A DNA stretch of 64,000 nucleotides, taken from positions 13,702,001-13,766,000 of the forward strand of contig OX597840.1 of NCBI GenBank assembly GCA_951406725.2, written 5' to 3'. Both the position numbers and the translations under genes were made by a program. Positions 24,934 to 37,115 of the stretch are shown here, piece after piece (the stretch's first letter is position 1; every line of letters starts with the position of its first letter). Under the pieces are notes generated by a model. That model was not told the DNA's origin. It worked only from the letters and a program-made list of their open reading frames with translations, and did no database searches. This stretch comes from Octopus vulgaris (Eukaryota).

Positions 24934-25416
24934 TTAACTTTTTCATTACCAACCCAGCTGAAACCGGCTCTGGCTCTGTAGTACAAATGTCTTGTTTTCA
25001 TAAGTTCTGAATTATAATCTTCCACCAAACCTTAGTCACAATTTATGTTCCTAACACTAGCTTAATGATAACAAAGTTATTTTACTAAGTTCTTTGTTAT
25101 ATTTAAAATTAATTCAAAGAAACACAGAGCATCTTAACAGAAATACAGTAACAAAAGGGTTAAAATATATAATAGAGAAATAATTCTTAACCCTTTGGAT
25201 ACCAACCCGGCTGAAACAGCCTCTGGTTCTGTAGTACAAATGATTTGTTTTTATAAGTTTTGAATTAAAATCTTCCACCAAACCTTAGTCACAATTTATG
25301 TTCCTAACACTAGCTTAATGATAACTAAGTTATTTCACTAAATTCTTTGTTATATTTTAAAGTAATTGAAAGAAACACAGAGCATCTCAAAATAAATACA
25401 GTAATGAAAGGGTTAA
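24934..25416 (+). mobile_element. Dimer of a ~225-bp TTAA-flanked MITE (piggyBac-type)
   Basis: TTAA-CCCTTT...AAAGGG-TTAA termini; same dimer at 28224-28602 (minus) and 57806-58287. Confidence 0.8.
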
Positions 25417-25669
25417 ACACAAGATATGAACATGGAAACAAGTGTCCCAGTATTATTAAAAGCTGAAAAATCTATCCAGGATCTGATTACAGCAGTGAGC
25501 ACAATCTAATTCTGACTTAAATAAATGTAAAATTAACAAAACCCACTCAATCACCAAAGTTAATCATAGAACTAGGTTAGAACATGAGAGAAAAAGACAC
25601 AATGGTGATTAAAATAGACTGTGCTGGAAGAGCTGACAAATGCAGAAAACCATTGAGGGAAACCTTAAG

Positions 25670-26075
25670 GAGGTGCGGGAGTGGCTGTGTGGTAAGTACC
25701 TTACCAACCACATGGTCATGGGTTCAGTCCCACTGTGTGGCACCTTGGGCAAGTGTCTTCTACTATAACCTTGGGCCGACCAAAACCTTGTGAGTGGATT
25801 TGGCAGACAGAAACTGAAAGAAGCCCGTCACATATATGTATATGTATATGTGTGTGTGTGTGTCTGTGTTTGTCCCCACAACATCGATTGACAACCAATG
25901 CTGGTGTGTTTATGTCCCTGTAACTTAGCGGTTTGGCGAAAGAGACCGATAGAATAAGTACTAGGCTTACAAAGAATAAGCTCTGGGGTCGATTTGCTCG
26001 ACTAAAGGCGGTGCTCCAGCATGGCCGCAGTCAAATGACTGAAACAAGTAAAAAAAAATAAAAATAAAAGAAAAG
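25670..26075 (+). mobile_element. SINE family A
   Basis: Matches the family pattern. Confidence 0.85.
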
Positions 26076-26286
26076 AGTATGCAAACGATGTAGGGCAAAA
26101 TACGGTGTGTGATCAGTTAAGGCACTTGGTCTTAAATTCATGTATTTTTTCTGTTTTTTTTTAATGTTTATCTCTTTTCTTTTCTTTTTCTTTCTCTGTT
26201 CCTCTTTTTCCATTTTTGTACTCCTGGGTTTTTTTCGTTATCTACTCTTGTTGATGATACGTATTATATATGTATCATATACATAC

Positions 26287-26337
<51 letters not shown>

Positions 26338-26389
26338 CATACACACGTGTTATATTCCAATTAAGGTTTGGAGCATAGTAACACATTAA

Positions 26390-26545
26390 AAAAATGGGTG
26401 TCAGATGAAATTTAATCTCTCGTTAGAAAGAGTAAAATAAATATAACTGATGATGGGAAATACCAAGAACTGAATAAAGAAATAAGACAAAAATGTAAAG
26501 AAGTAAAAGAACAGTGGATGAAAAATGCGATTATATTGTGAGATT
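26390..26545 (+). mobile_element. RTE-like LINE EN-RT linker remnant
   Basis: KKWVSDEI..KYQELNKEIRQKCKEVKEQWM. Confidence 0.55.
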
Positions 26546-27686
26546 GTTCCAGAGGGTGTCACTGTGCATAAAAAAAGAGGTAGAAGTCTTATCTGTTAAT
26601 ATTTTTCGCAATAGCTTTGTTTTGTGATGTGAGGTATAAATGTGTTGCAATTGTTGCTCATTGTAAATGCATTGTGAGCGTACAAGAGAATGTTGTACTT
26701 GTATGGCAGATGTAACTATTAGAATGATAAAGTTTACAACTTTCACTTATAATGAATTGCCTACAAGACTAGATGATAAATTATGGAAGCAATATCACAA
26801 CACTAAGCTGAAATAAGTCTGGAAATTGTCAATAAAATGAATTTAGGAACTGTATTGTTCAAGACAAACTACATAAATCATAAAATATGAAAAAATCTAA
26901 TAAAAGCATTTAAACTGGAACATAGGTATATTTGCAATATATAAATATGTGTGTGTTTTGTATTAATATATTACAATTGTTTCCATAAACTGACTGTTTT
27001 TATTCCATCACACACACACATATACATATGTATATACGTACATATATATATATATTTAATAATTAAGGGTACAACAGGTAACACCAGCATGCTAAAAGTA
27101 TGTTGTATAGTGAAACTGTACTCTTCTCCCAGTAAAAAGTGGTAGTAGCCAGCCATTATGAATAGGTCAGTAGCCAGTCAACAAGAGTAGATAAAGAAGG
27201 TTGAGAAGGTTGAGAGTGATGAGAGTACGTGTCGACTGTGTTGTAGTCGTGTCTGTGTTGATGTAGTAATTATGCTGTTATACTGAGTGGACTTTTGAGG
27301 ATAATAACACTGTGCAACTGGGGGTTGTACGGTGCCAGATAGAACCATTCTATTGATGACTTTGGAATATAACAATATCTGTCAGAGCGACAACCATTGT
27401 CAAAAGACAGATATAACAGTGGCAAAAGACTGCTTTACAACAAAACAGCAGTCAGAAGACGACTACAATCACAAATTTTCATTCCTCCGACTTCAGTTAA
27501 TGAGTATCAGTGAACATTTGTGGTTGTAGTCGTCTTCTGACTGCTACTTTTAGTGCACTGGTGCCACCTGTAATAATCTTAATTATTAATTAATAATTTT
27601 TTACCTCATGATATTTTCTTACACATGCTATGCCACTTGATATTATTGTAAACAATAATATGCTTGGGATCTTGGGGTTAGAGCCA

Positions 27687-27910
27687 GGAGCATATGGCAT
27701 AGTGGTTAAGAGCACAGGCTACAAACCCCAAGATTCCGAGTTCGACTCCAGGCAGGGACCTGAATAATAATAATAACATTGAAAAATACCTTAGGAATGA
27801 GAACCCAGGATCGAAATTTCCCCAAGACACCTAAAGAAGGCTGGAGGGTATATCAGCCGAAAAGTTGTATTAACAAGATGAGGACAAATATCCGTCAACT
27901 GTAAATAATA
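27687..27910 (+). mobile_element. tRNA-headed SINE with an HHR-like 3' region
   Basis: A box TGGCATAGTGG (27695), B box GTTCGACTCC (27740), (TAA)n spacer, then ACAC-CTAAAGA-A-GGCTG..CAGCC-GAAA-AG-TT-GTAT. Confidence 0.65.
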
Positions 27911-28223
27911 TCCTTATATATATTTTTATAGTTTATATATCAAAATCATCATCATCATTTAACATCCACCTTCCATGCTTGCGTGGGTGGGAGAGTTTCA
28001 CTAGAGTCAGGCAGGCAGATGCCTGCATCAGACTTCTGTGACTGTTTTGGAAGGATTTTTACAGCTGGATGCCCTTCCTAACACCAACCACTCAGCTGAA
28101 TGGACTTTTATATTTATGGTAAGTGGCTCTTACAGGACTTGTTCTGTTGCATTCTTGGAGAATTCATGAGAGAGTAGAATAGATGTTTCTGCAAGTAGAT
28201 CAAGATTGAACAGTCAATGGCCA

Positions 28224-28602
28224 TTAACCCTTCTGTTACCATGTTTCTGTTGAGATGCTTTGTGTTTCTTTCAGTTAAATTTAAATATAACAGACTATTT
28301 AGTAAAATTACTTAGTTATCATTATGTTAGTGTTAAGAACACAAATTGTGACTAAGGTTTGGTGGAAGATTTTAATTCAGAACTTTTGAAAACAAGACGT
28401 TTGTACTACAGAACCAGAGGCTGTTTCAGCTGGGTTGGTATCAAAAGGGTTAAGAATTGTTTCTCTATTATTTATTTTAACCCTTTTGTTAGCATATTTC
28501 TGTTAAGATGCTCTGTGTTTCTTTGAATTAATTTTAAATATACCAAAGAATTTAGTAAAATAGCTTAGTTATCATTAAGTTAGTGTTAGGAACATAAATT
28601 GT
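28224..28602 (-). mobile_element. TTAA MITE dimer, one unit truncated
   Basis: Reverse complement of the 24934-25416 family, including the spacer. Confidence 0.8.
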
Positions 28603-29060
28603 ATCGTATTTATTGTCTGTGAAAATTACAGAATATAAAACAACTTTGATAAAAAATTATATCTACTTTTCTGACGAAAACAATGCCATTCTGAACATTT
28701 TGGCCGCAACTGTATATGAAATATTGAATTTAGTTCACGAACTTCCAGTACTACTTTTGCAGACCTCCAGGTTTCTGCAGACCACAGGCTGGGAAACACT
28801 GCTCTAGGCCAATACGGTAAATAAAAATACCAGTCATATACTGAGGGATTCTATTAAACCACTGGTTCACAAAGTTGTTGTCTTGTGCTAAGAAATTATC
28901 ATTTAATTTTTATCAGTTAGTTTAAATAAATGTCCAAGTTTTGTATTTGAACAACAATTCTGAAGTGGCTGGAATTTTAATTACATTGGAATTTTAATCA
29001 GATTTTCAATACATGTCCATTATGTATACACACATTGACATGAATGCACTTATATTATAG

Positions 29061-29115
<55 letters not shown>

Positions 29116-29155
29116 ACCTAAATATATATATAGATATGTAAATATAAATATATAT

Positions 29156-29188
<33 letters not shown>

Positions 29189-29239
29189 TATAAAGGTATA
29201 CCTAAATATATATATAGATATGTAAATATAAATATATAT

Positions 29240-29309
<70 letters not shown>

Positions 29310-29415
29310 ATGTGTATATATATATGGCAAGAAGAAAATGGAGTGAATCAAGAGATAGTATTCATCAGCTGTTAGACATTATATTATGTCTATTTATTTA
29401 TTTTAAACAGTTCAG

Positions 29416-29469
<54 letters not shown>

Positions 29470-30369
29470 TATACATCTGTGTGTATATGCATATTCATAC
29501 ATATATTCACACGTACACATGCACACACATGTTATAGCATATAAATAACATTTATGCGCATATAATGAATGAATTAACTTGGTTGAAATAAATTTATCAT
29601 GTTCAAATGTTTTTTTTGTATGTTTATTAATGAATATCAATATACAGTATTGAAATACATAATAATTAATATTCAAATATTATTCATAAAATTATGCTAT
29701 GACTATTAATTAATGTATATCATGTGACATAGACTTCTGACTATTTACAAAGACAATTCTGATATCAATTCTTTTCAAGTGTTTTTAAAAAGAAAAGATA
29801 CATGAATGATATAAACGTCCCAAATTATTTGTTCTCTCTGACAGGAGAGAAAATTCTCTGAGAGTGATACACATTTTGAACTTCTTTCAAACAACATTAA
29901 AAACCTACAGAAGAAAAATTGGCACATAGTGTTAGAATTTATCAAGAAGCCCAAATATTAGTCATCAAACTTAAAATAAATGGAACTAAGTCTTTAGCAT
30001 CAGCTAAACCATAAAATACATTTAAAGACCATAAGTTACATTTAAAGATCATAAATTACATTTAAATTAGTTGTCATTTGTAAACTATTTTAAATGCCTG
30101 TTGTACTAAAAAGAAGTTAAACCAGTAATCCATCTTCATGGAAAAATTGTTCCACTCTAATCAATTAATGTCACCAAACAAACTATAAGCTTGAAATTTA
30201 CCCAGTTTAACATAGAGGAATCTTCACTACTCATTACAGAGGTGATAGCTCATTAATTTCCTGCCACATGAACAGTCATCAGCATCATAAGACAAGGAAA
30301 CACCTTAATTACTTAAAGAACATAGCTTAAGATTGACATCTATCATTGACATTAATGTTATTTATTTGT

Positions 30370-30940
30370 TATCATCATCATCATCGTTTAACGTCCACTT
30401 TCCCTGCTAGCATGGGTTAGACGATTTGACTGAGGTCTGGCAAACCAGATGGCTGCACCAGGCTCCAATCTGATGTAGCAGAGTTTCTACAGGTGGATGC
30501 CCTTCCTAACACCAACCACTCCGAGAGTGTAGTGGGTGCTTTTACGTGCCACTGGCATGAGGGCCAGTCAGGTGATACTGGCATTGGCTATGCTCAAATG
30601 GTGCTTTTTATGTGCCACCTGCACAGGAGCCAGTCCAGCGGCACTGGTAACGACCTTGCTCAAATGTTTTTTCACATGCCACCAGCACAAGTGTTAGTAA
30701 GGCAACACAGATAACAATCACGCTCGAATAGTGCTTTTTACATGCCACCGGCACAGAAGCCAGTTTTTTGCTCTAGCAACGATCACACTTGAATGGTACT
30801 CTTAGTACTCCACTAGCACGGATGCCAGTCATCGAATTTGATTTCACTTACCTCAACAGGTCTTCGCAAGTAGAGTTTAGTGTCCAATGAAGGAAAGGTA
30901 CGCACAAGTGGGCTGGTTTCACCCCTGGCATAGACCATGA
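30370..30940 (-). mobile_element. RTE LINE 3'UTR with internal subrepeats
   Basis: (GAT)n tail; repeated GGTGCTTTT(T)ACGTGCCAC motifs. Confidence 0.8.
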
Positions 30941-31579
30941 GGTACACTTATATATGAGTAAATATTGCTCTTATAGGAAGCTTCAGGAATTGCTGGTAAT
31001 TAGTAAGAAGTCCTCCAGTAATCTTGAAAAATTTAGTGAATAGCCATTAGCTGTCACATTTCTATTATTTTCTAAGTTAAAAATTGTTTTTACTTTACTC
31101 TGTAGGAAACAATGACATTGTCTTGGTACAAGAGTAGCTCCTAGTTTGAATTCAAGGGTAGGAGTGATAATTGGTTATGATAGTTGTAGGCCGAAGGTGG
31201 ATACTAGACATCAAAAAGAAGTCTTTAGCAGCAGACACCATTGTTCTTCAGCAAGCTAACACATCTAGAATTGAAACGATCAGATGCATTGGGTTGGGCA
31301 TCTTGCTAGGATACAGGAGGACAGGTTTGTGTATATCAAGTATAAGGAAAGGTTTCGGTAATTAGTAACCATTTTAATTTATAGTTAATATTTTGCATTT
31401 TTAGAAGGATGACATATGTTGCTAGTGATGTGGAAAATTTGCTGAATATCTATTGTTTCAATGCATATATTTGCCTCTTATATTGAAATATTTATTTTAC
31501 ATAAATATTTTTATGAAGCATTTAATGGATTGAAATTTTACTTTCATATATGAACTGATAACCCAAAATTTTGTCTCTG

Positions 31580-31980
31580 CTGAGACCTGTTGAGGCAAGT
31601 GAAATCGAAATCAAATTCAATGATTGGCATCCGTGCTAGTGGAGCACTAAGAGCACCATCCGAGCATGATCATTGCCGGAGCAGCTGACTGGCTTCAGTG
31701 CTGGTGGCACATAAAAAGCACCATTTGAGCATGATCGTTACCAGCATCGCCTTACTGGCACTTGTGCAGGTGTGCAGGTGACATGTAAAAAAAAACGATT
31801 TTTATTTTTGTGGCCGTTGCCAGTACTGCCTGACTGGCCCTCTTGCCGGTGGCACAAAAAAAGCACCCACTAAACTCTCAGAGTGGTTGGCATTAGGAAG
31901 GGCATCAAGCTGTAGAAACTCTGCCAGATCAAGATTGGACCCTGGTGCAGCCATCTGGTTCACCAGTCCTCAGTCAAATC
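31580..31980 (+). mobile_element. RTE LINE 3'UTR fragment
   Basis: Plus-strand match to the same 3'UTR. Confidence 0.75.
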
Positions 31981-32184
31981 ATTATCATTGATTTTTATTT
32001 TGATGTTGGTGTCGATGTACTTGACTCAATAGGTCTCCTCAAGTATAGCGGTTCACCCTATGATCCAAGGTTAGCACAGCAGGCCACCCTGCGAGCCATG
32101 AATTCACTTCATTTGTCAGGTCTTCGTAGTCAGCATATCTCAGATATCTCGGTCTTATATATATAATTGCTAGCTTCTGCACGC

Positions 32185-32363
32185 ATTTTTTTTCTCTCCT
32201 TGTTTCTCTCGGTGTTTCTTTTCTGTGTATCTTTCTGTTGAAGAGCGTAGGCTCGAAACGTAAAAGACTTGTTTTATTTATATTCCTGAGCGTCATACTA
32301 ATACAATTGTTTGTTTGTACTCCACCTACCTTCGTCTTTTGTTTATTTTCATAAAGCTTCCCG

Positions 32364-32365
<2 letters not shown>
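32185..32365 (+). mobile_element. Penelope-type terminal repeat with a minimal HHR-like motif (32230-32267), ending at (TA)n
   Basis: TCTTT-CTGTTGA-A-GAGC gtag GCTC-GAAA-CG-TA-AAAGA. Confidence 0.65.
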
Positions 32366-32411
<46 letters not shown>

Positions 32412-32415
<4 letters not shown>

Positions 32416-32848
32416 GAGATTTGATCAATAAGTATTTGGACTGTTGCCATAGTAACGAAGATAAAGCATGCAGAGTGAAGCCACCCACCAAAGATTGACC
32501 ATGAACTCTGATGTGCATGTGCAATAAGTTTTAATGTTCTAGCTCACTTCCACTGTTTACTGCAGTGCTTGGAAGGAAGGTGAGTAGTGTGTGATTGTCG
32601 CATTGGCTATGACGGAGAAAGTTGTCATGGAGGTACCTGCTCAGAGGACTACGTAAAGTTGCAGAAAGCGTATGGAGAGGAGTGTATGAGCCGCACACAA
32701 GGGTACGGGTGGTTCAGACGTCGAAAAGTGTCAAACGTTCTACGAGATACGCAACCAGCAGAACTGAGAAAAACATCGCAGATGTGCGTGCAGCCGTGAG
32801 TGGAAATTCTCGAATCACCATCCGTGAGTTATCAGCGGATGTGCAGAT
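32412..32848 (+). mobile_element. Mariner 5' end with a frameshifted HTH region
   Basis: KLQKAYGEECMSRTQGYGWFRR / TSRTEKNIADVRAAVSGNSRITIRELSADVQI; terminus TGATCAATAAGTAT..GGACTGTTGCCATAGTAA also present inverted at ~20052-20113. Confidence 0.85.
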
Positions 32849-32870
32849 TATATATATATATATATATAAA

Positions 32871-33477
32871 TACATAAAAGCAAATAAATTGCACAACGAA
32901 GTACCGATATTTACTGGAAAATAGCGAACATAATAAATACGACGCTAATGTATAGCTTCACTGCGTATGTACTAGCAAAAATGCGTGTGTGCAACAAACT
33001 TGAAAAAAATTGTCTTACCTCCAGGGAGAACATCTGAAAGATGAAATACCTAGAAAGGGATAATGTGGGACCGGTTTCAGATTTTTCAAAATATGTCTGC
33101 CCACATATATTTGATTTATCTTCATCAGCCAACATATACTTCGACAACATTTCAAATGTTGCCACATCCATGCCAATACACTCGACTGAACGCCAAAACG
33201 TTGACAGAACGAGAAACCGGTACCACATTATCCCTTTCTAGGTATTTCATCTTTTAGATGTTCTCCCTGGAGGTAAGACAATTTTTTTCAAGTTTGTTGC
33301 ACACACGCATTTTTGCTAGTACATACGCAGTGAAGCTATACATTAGCGTCGTATTTATTACGTTCGCTATTTTCCAGTAAATATCGGTACTTCGTTGTGC
33401 CATTTATTTGCTTTTATGTATAATTTTCCCTCACGGGCTATTCTTTACTGGAAAGCAATACTCTCGTATTGCATTAC

Positions 33478-33485
<8 letters not shown>
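32871..33485. mobile_element. Fold-back element in (TA)n with 208-bp arms (32871-33078 / 33213-33420)
   Basis: Arms are reverse complements with about four mismatches by eye; flanked by (TA)n on both sides. Confidence 0.9.
33063..33136 (-). ncRNA. Hammerhead ribozyme (type I) with an intact core
   Basis: ATGT(T)GG-CTGATGA-AGAT..TCAAA(T)ATATGT gggcag ACATATTTTGA..ATCT-GAAA-CCGG-TC-CCACAT; GUC cleavage triplet. Confidence 0.75.
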
Positions 33486-33515
<30 letters not shown>

Positions 33516-34545
33516 AATTAATATAAACAACTAGGTGCATGCAATGTATATATAAATGTGTGTGCATGCGTATGCATGCAAGCTTATATAAATATACCTA
33601 TTTATATATGTATGTGTGCATACATATACACACACATACACACATATGCATTCTTAAACAATATATATATACACACACACACTCAAATTCAAATACATAT
33701 CATACATACAAACACATACATTCACACACATAGACACTTGGAAGCACATACACTCACACATTTGCATGCACATGCACGTACACACACACATACACACACG
33801 CACGCACACATGCTTCCATCCACTCACAAACACATATGCATGCATAGACATTCTCATACACGCACACACACACACACACATTCACACCAGTTTCCATTGA
33901 AGTTTCATCAGGTTTTGATGCCAACAAGGGAAATCAAGGAAATTTAATTTGTCTCTTCCCTGCATCTTCTAATATCTGTAACCAGCATCCTTATCACCAT
34001 CACCATCATCTCTGATGTCGAAATTAACAACAGCAATATTAACTGCACAACAACAACAACAACAACAACAGCAACATCTATACAATAATAATGCAGAAAA
34101 CAACAAGAATACCACCACCACTATTACCATCACCACCACCACCAACGCCACCACCACCACCACCAACAACAACAACAGCAACAACTACAACAGCTACAAC
34201 ATCAACAACAGTAATAATAAAACCAACAGCAGAAACAAAAAAAATTCCAGTCACAACAACAACAACAAAAACAACATGGATCTTTTATGTTGTTTATTTA
34301 ACCTTCCAGAAAGAAGTCGAGTCTTTCTTAAAATATCCTATCATCTTAGTAATAGTAAGGCCATACTGAATGATGTTGTCCTTGAAAAGATTGGATGGTC
34401 ATGGCTGGAATGCCTTTGGTCATAAGTCTATTCTTTAAGCAAAAGTAAACGTGAAGCAAAAACGACAACAGTAGGAACCAGGGTGGCAACAAAGCAGCGA
34501 GGGAGCTTCTAGAGTGTTGCTCAACTTGCTAGAAATAGTTGCCAA

Positions 34546-34775
34546 GGCGGTGAGCTGGCAGAAATGTTAGCATGCCGGGCGAAATGCTTAGCGGTATTTT
34601 GTATGCCGTTACGTTCTGTGTTCAAATTCCGCTGAGGTCGACTTTGCCTTTCATCCTTTTGGGGTTGATAAATTAAGTACCAGTTATGCACTGGGGTCGA
34701 TGTAATCAACTTAATCCCTTTGTCTGTCTTTGTTTGTCCCCTCTGTGTTTAGACCTTGTGGGCAATAAAGAAATA
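34546..34775 (+). mobile_element. SINE family B, full length, 15-bp TSD AGAAATAGTTGCCAA
   Basis: TSD at 34531-34545 and 34776-34790. Confidence 0.9.
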
Positions 34776-35202
34776 AGAAATAGTTGCCAAATATTCCTCG
34801 AAGCATACTCTAACATTCTTAAATTTGGACACATTGCACTATGTAGTCAAAGGTACACTATGCCAAAAAAGAGAAACAGACAGGATCTTTATTGCTGCAA
34901 TGTTTCTGATCCCAAGTCCACTCAAATTGAGCTGACTTAGGGTTAAACAAAAGCAGCAAAAACAAGGTTATGATGATAACGACAACAGGAATTACATTAA
35001 CATCAACAACTAATTAGACAATTGGCTCCTTCAGACGCTTGCATTAAATGTCATCAATTACTAGAAATTGCATTTCATTGCCATGGTAACTTCAGGTTGA
35101 TATGCTACTGATTTATAGCTGGATGCACTCCTTCCTGATATCATTGTTGATGACAACAGTCAACAAGGTTTTGGACAACCATCTAAAGAAAGTGACACTT
35201 CT

Positions 35203-35565
35203 TAACACTTTAACATTCAGATTATCCTGTCAGATGTAATGCTTATTTAATCACCTTGTTTTGAATCAATCATGGATAATCTCATAGCTTTGAGATTTCA
35301 ATAATGTGAACGTATGATTCTAGAATGACATTGTAGGGTAAGTGTGAAAGGTTTGAACATAAAACAGATAGAATATTTAGGGCAGAAACAGGTGGTTTAA
35401 CCTCTTAGCATTCAGATTATTCTGTCAAATGTAACACTTATTTATTCAAATAGTTTTGGATTAATCATGGATTATCTCACAGCTTCGAGATTTCAATGAT
35501 GTGAGTGTTTATTGTTAGAGTGACATTGTAGGGTAGGTATGAGAGACAGGATCTGGCCAGTTTGA
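35203..35565 (+). mobile_element. Second TTAA-type MITE family, two tandem partial copies
   Basis: CATTCAGATTAT.CTGTCA.ATGTAA occurs twice; another copy at 46877-47945 is split by an RTE insertion. Confidence 0.65.
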
Positions 35566-35668
35566 CATTCCCCCATTACTCCTTTTTATTATGAGTGACT
35601 ATGGTTTCTACCATACTGTGGGTTCTCATTTCTTTATCCTCAGGGTTATCCTTCCGACGGATTTCCTT

Positions 35669-35865
35669 CTAGGGTTTCCTAGCTACAACATCATGTCTCA
35701 TTGGTAGATTATACCCTGATGACATTTTCAAACAACTGCTTATGATGTGGTTGATATCATGGATGTTAATTCCACAAAGTCTGCATCGGTTGTCACATTT
35801 TACTGCTTTACCTGTATCTCCATCCCTTTTGTGCATCAGGTATTTCCTGTTTCTGGATTGCTGTT
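35669..35865 (-). mobile_element. R4/Dong-like (restriction-like endonuclease) LINE remnant: CCHC knuckle and RHD motif
   Basis: CRLCGINIHDINHIISSC..MRHDVVA. Confidence 0.75.
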
Positions 35866-37115
35866 CTTCTGATTTACCCATACTGAACTTAGCCCTTCCC
35901 CCTCATTATCATTCTTTGTATCTTCCATTTATTCTTTACTTTGTTTTGGTTATTTGACCATGGCCATGCTGGGGCACCGTCTTAAAAGGGTTTTTAGTTG
36001 AGCAAGTCAACCTCTTTTTTCCTTTTAAAAGCCCAGTACTTATTCTATTGGTGCCTTTTGCTGAACTGCAAAGTTACTGGGATGTAAACACACCAACACC
36101 AGTTGTCAAGCAGTGGTGATGGACACACACCCACACATATACTATGGGCTTCTTTCAGTTTGTGTCGACTAAATCCACTCACAACACTTTAATCGGCCTG
36201 AAGCTGCAGTAAAAACATCTTGCCCAAGGTGCTGCGCAGTGGGACTGAACCTGGAATCATATAATTAGGAAGCAAGCTTCTTACCACACAGCCACACCTG
36301 TACTTGTGTTCTTTATTCTTTTTACTCTTTTACTTGTTTTCAGTCATTCGACTGCAGCCATGCTGGAGCACTGCCTTTAGTCAAGCAAATCGATCCCAGG
36401 ACTTATTCTTTGTAAGCCTAGTACTTATTCTATCGGTCTCTCTTGCCGAACCGCTAAGTGACGGGGATGTAAACACACCAGCATCAGTTGTCAAGTGATG
36501 TTGGGGGCACAAACACAGACACACAAACATATACATACAATTTTTTCTTTTTTTACTTTAAAGAAGGGCTTCGACTGAAATGTTAGAATTCATATCTCCA
36601 GCATGTGCTTCCGATATGGACTTATCCATATCAAGCAAATGAGGGTATATTCCTGTGCTTCCTAGTGTGCTAGAAACAGCAGCAACAGCAACAACAGCAT
36701 CAACAACAACAGCAGCAGCAACAACAGCAACAGTAATAACAACAGCAACATCAACAACAACAACAACAACAACAGCAGCCACTGCTGCCTCTACTGCACT
36801 CATCATCACCAGGAAGAACATACAACACCACAGACTTTGAGAGAGACAAAAATGGTGAGGCAAGTTACATGTGGAACAAATTTGATTCTACACATGGTTC
36901 TGAAATGGATTTCATAACCAGAGCCAAGCCTGCGTCAATGCCTGTATAGAGAGCAAGGCAGAAAGACAGCATGCACCTGCCCTGAATACAGACGAACTAC
37001 TACTGGCACACCGGTCATCTCTATCAGAAGCAGCATTCACACAAATATCATCAAAACCATTACAATTGCTCTCCCACAGGTTCTCATCCATCGCCCTCCT
37101 CGCTACCACCAACAC

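Noticed and set aside
27687-27755. Genuine tRNA gene
   Set aside because: No clean acceptor stem or T-run terminator; it behaves as a SINE head.
29109-29270. ~83-bp direct duplication within TA/TACA repeats
   Set aside because: Explained by slippage in microsatellite DNA.
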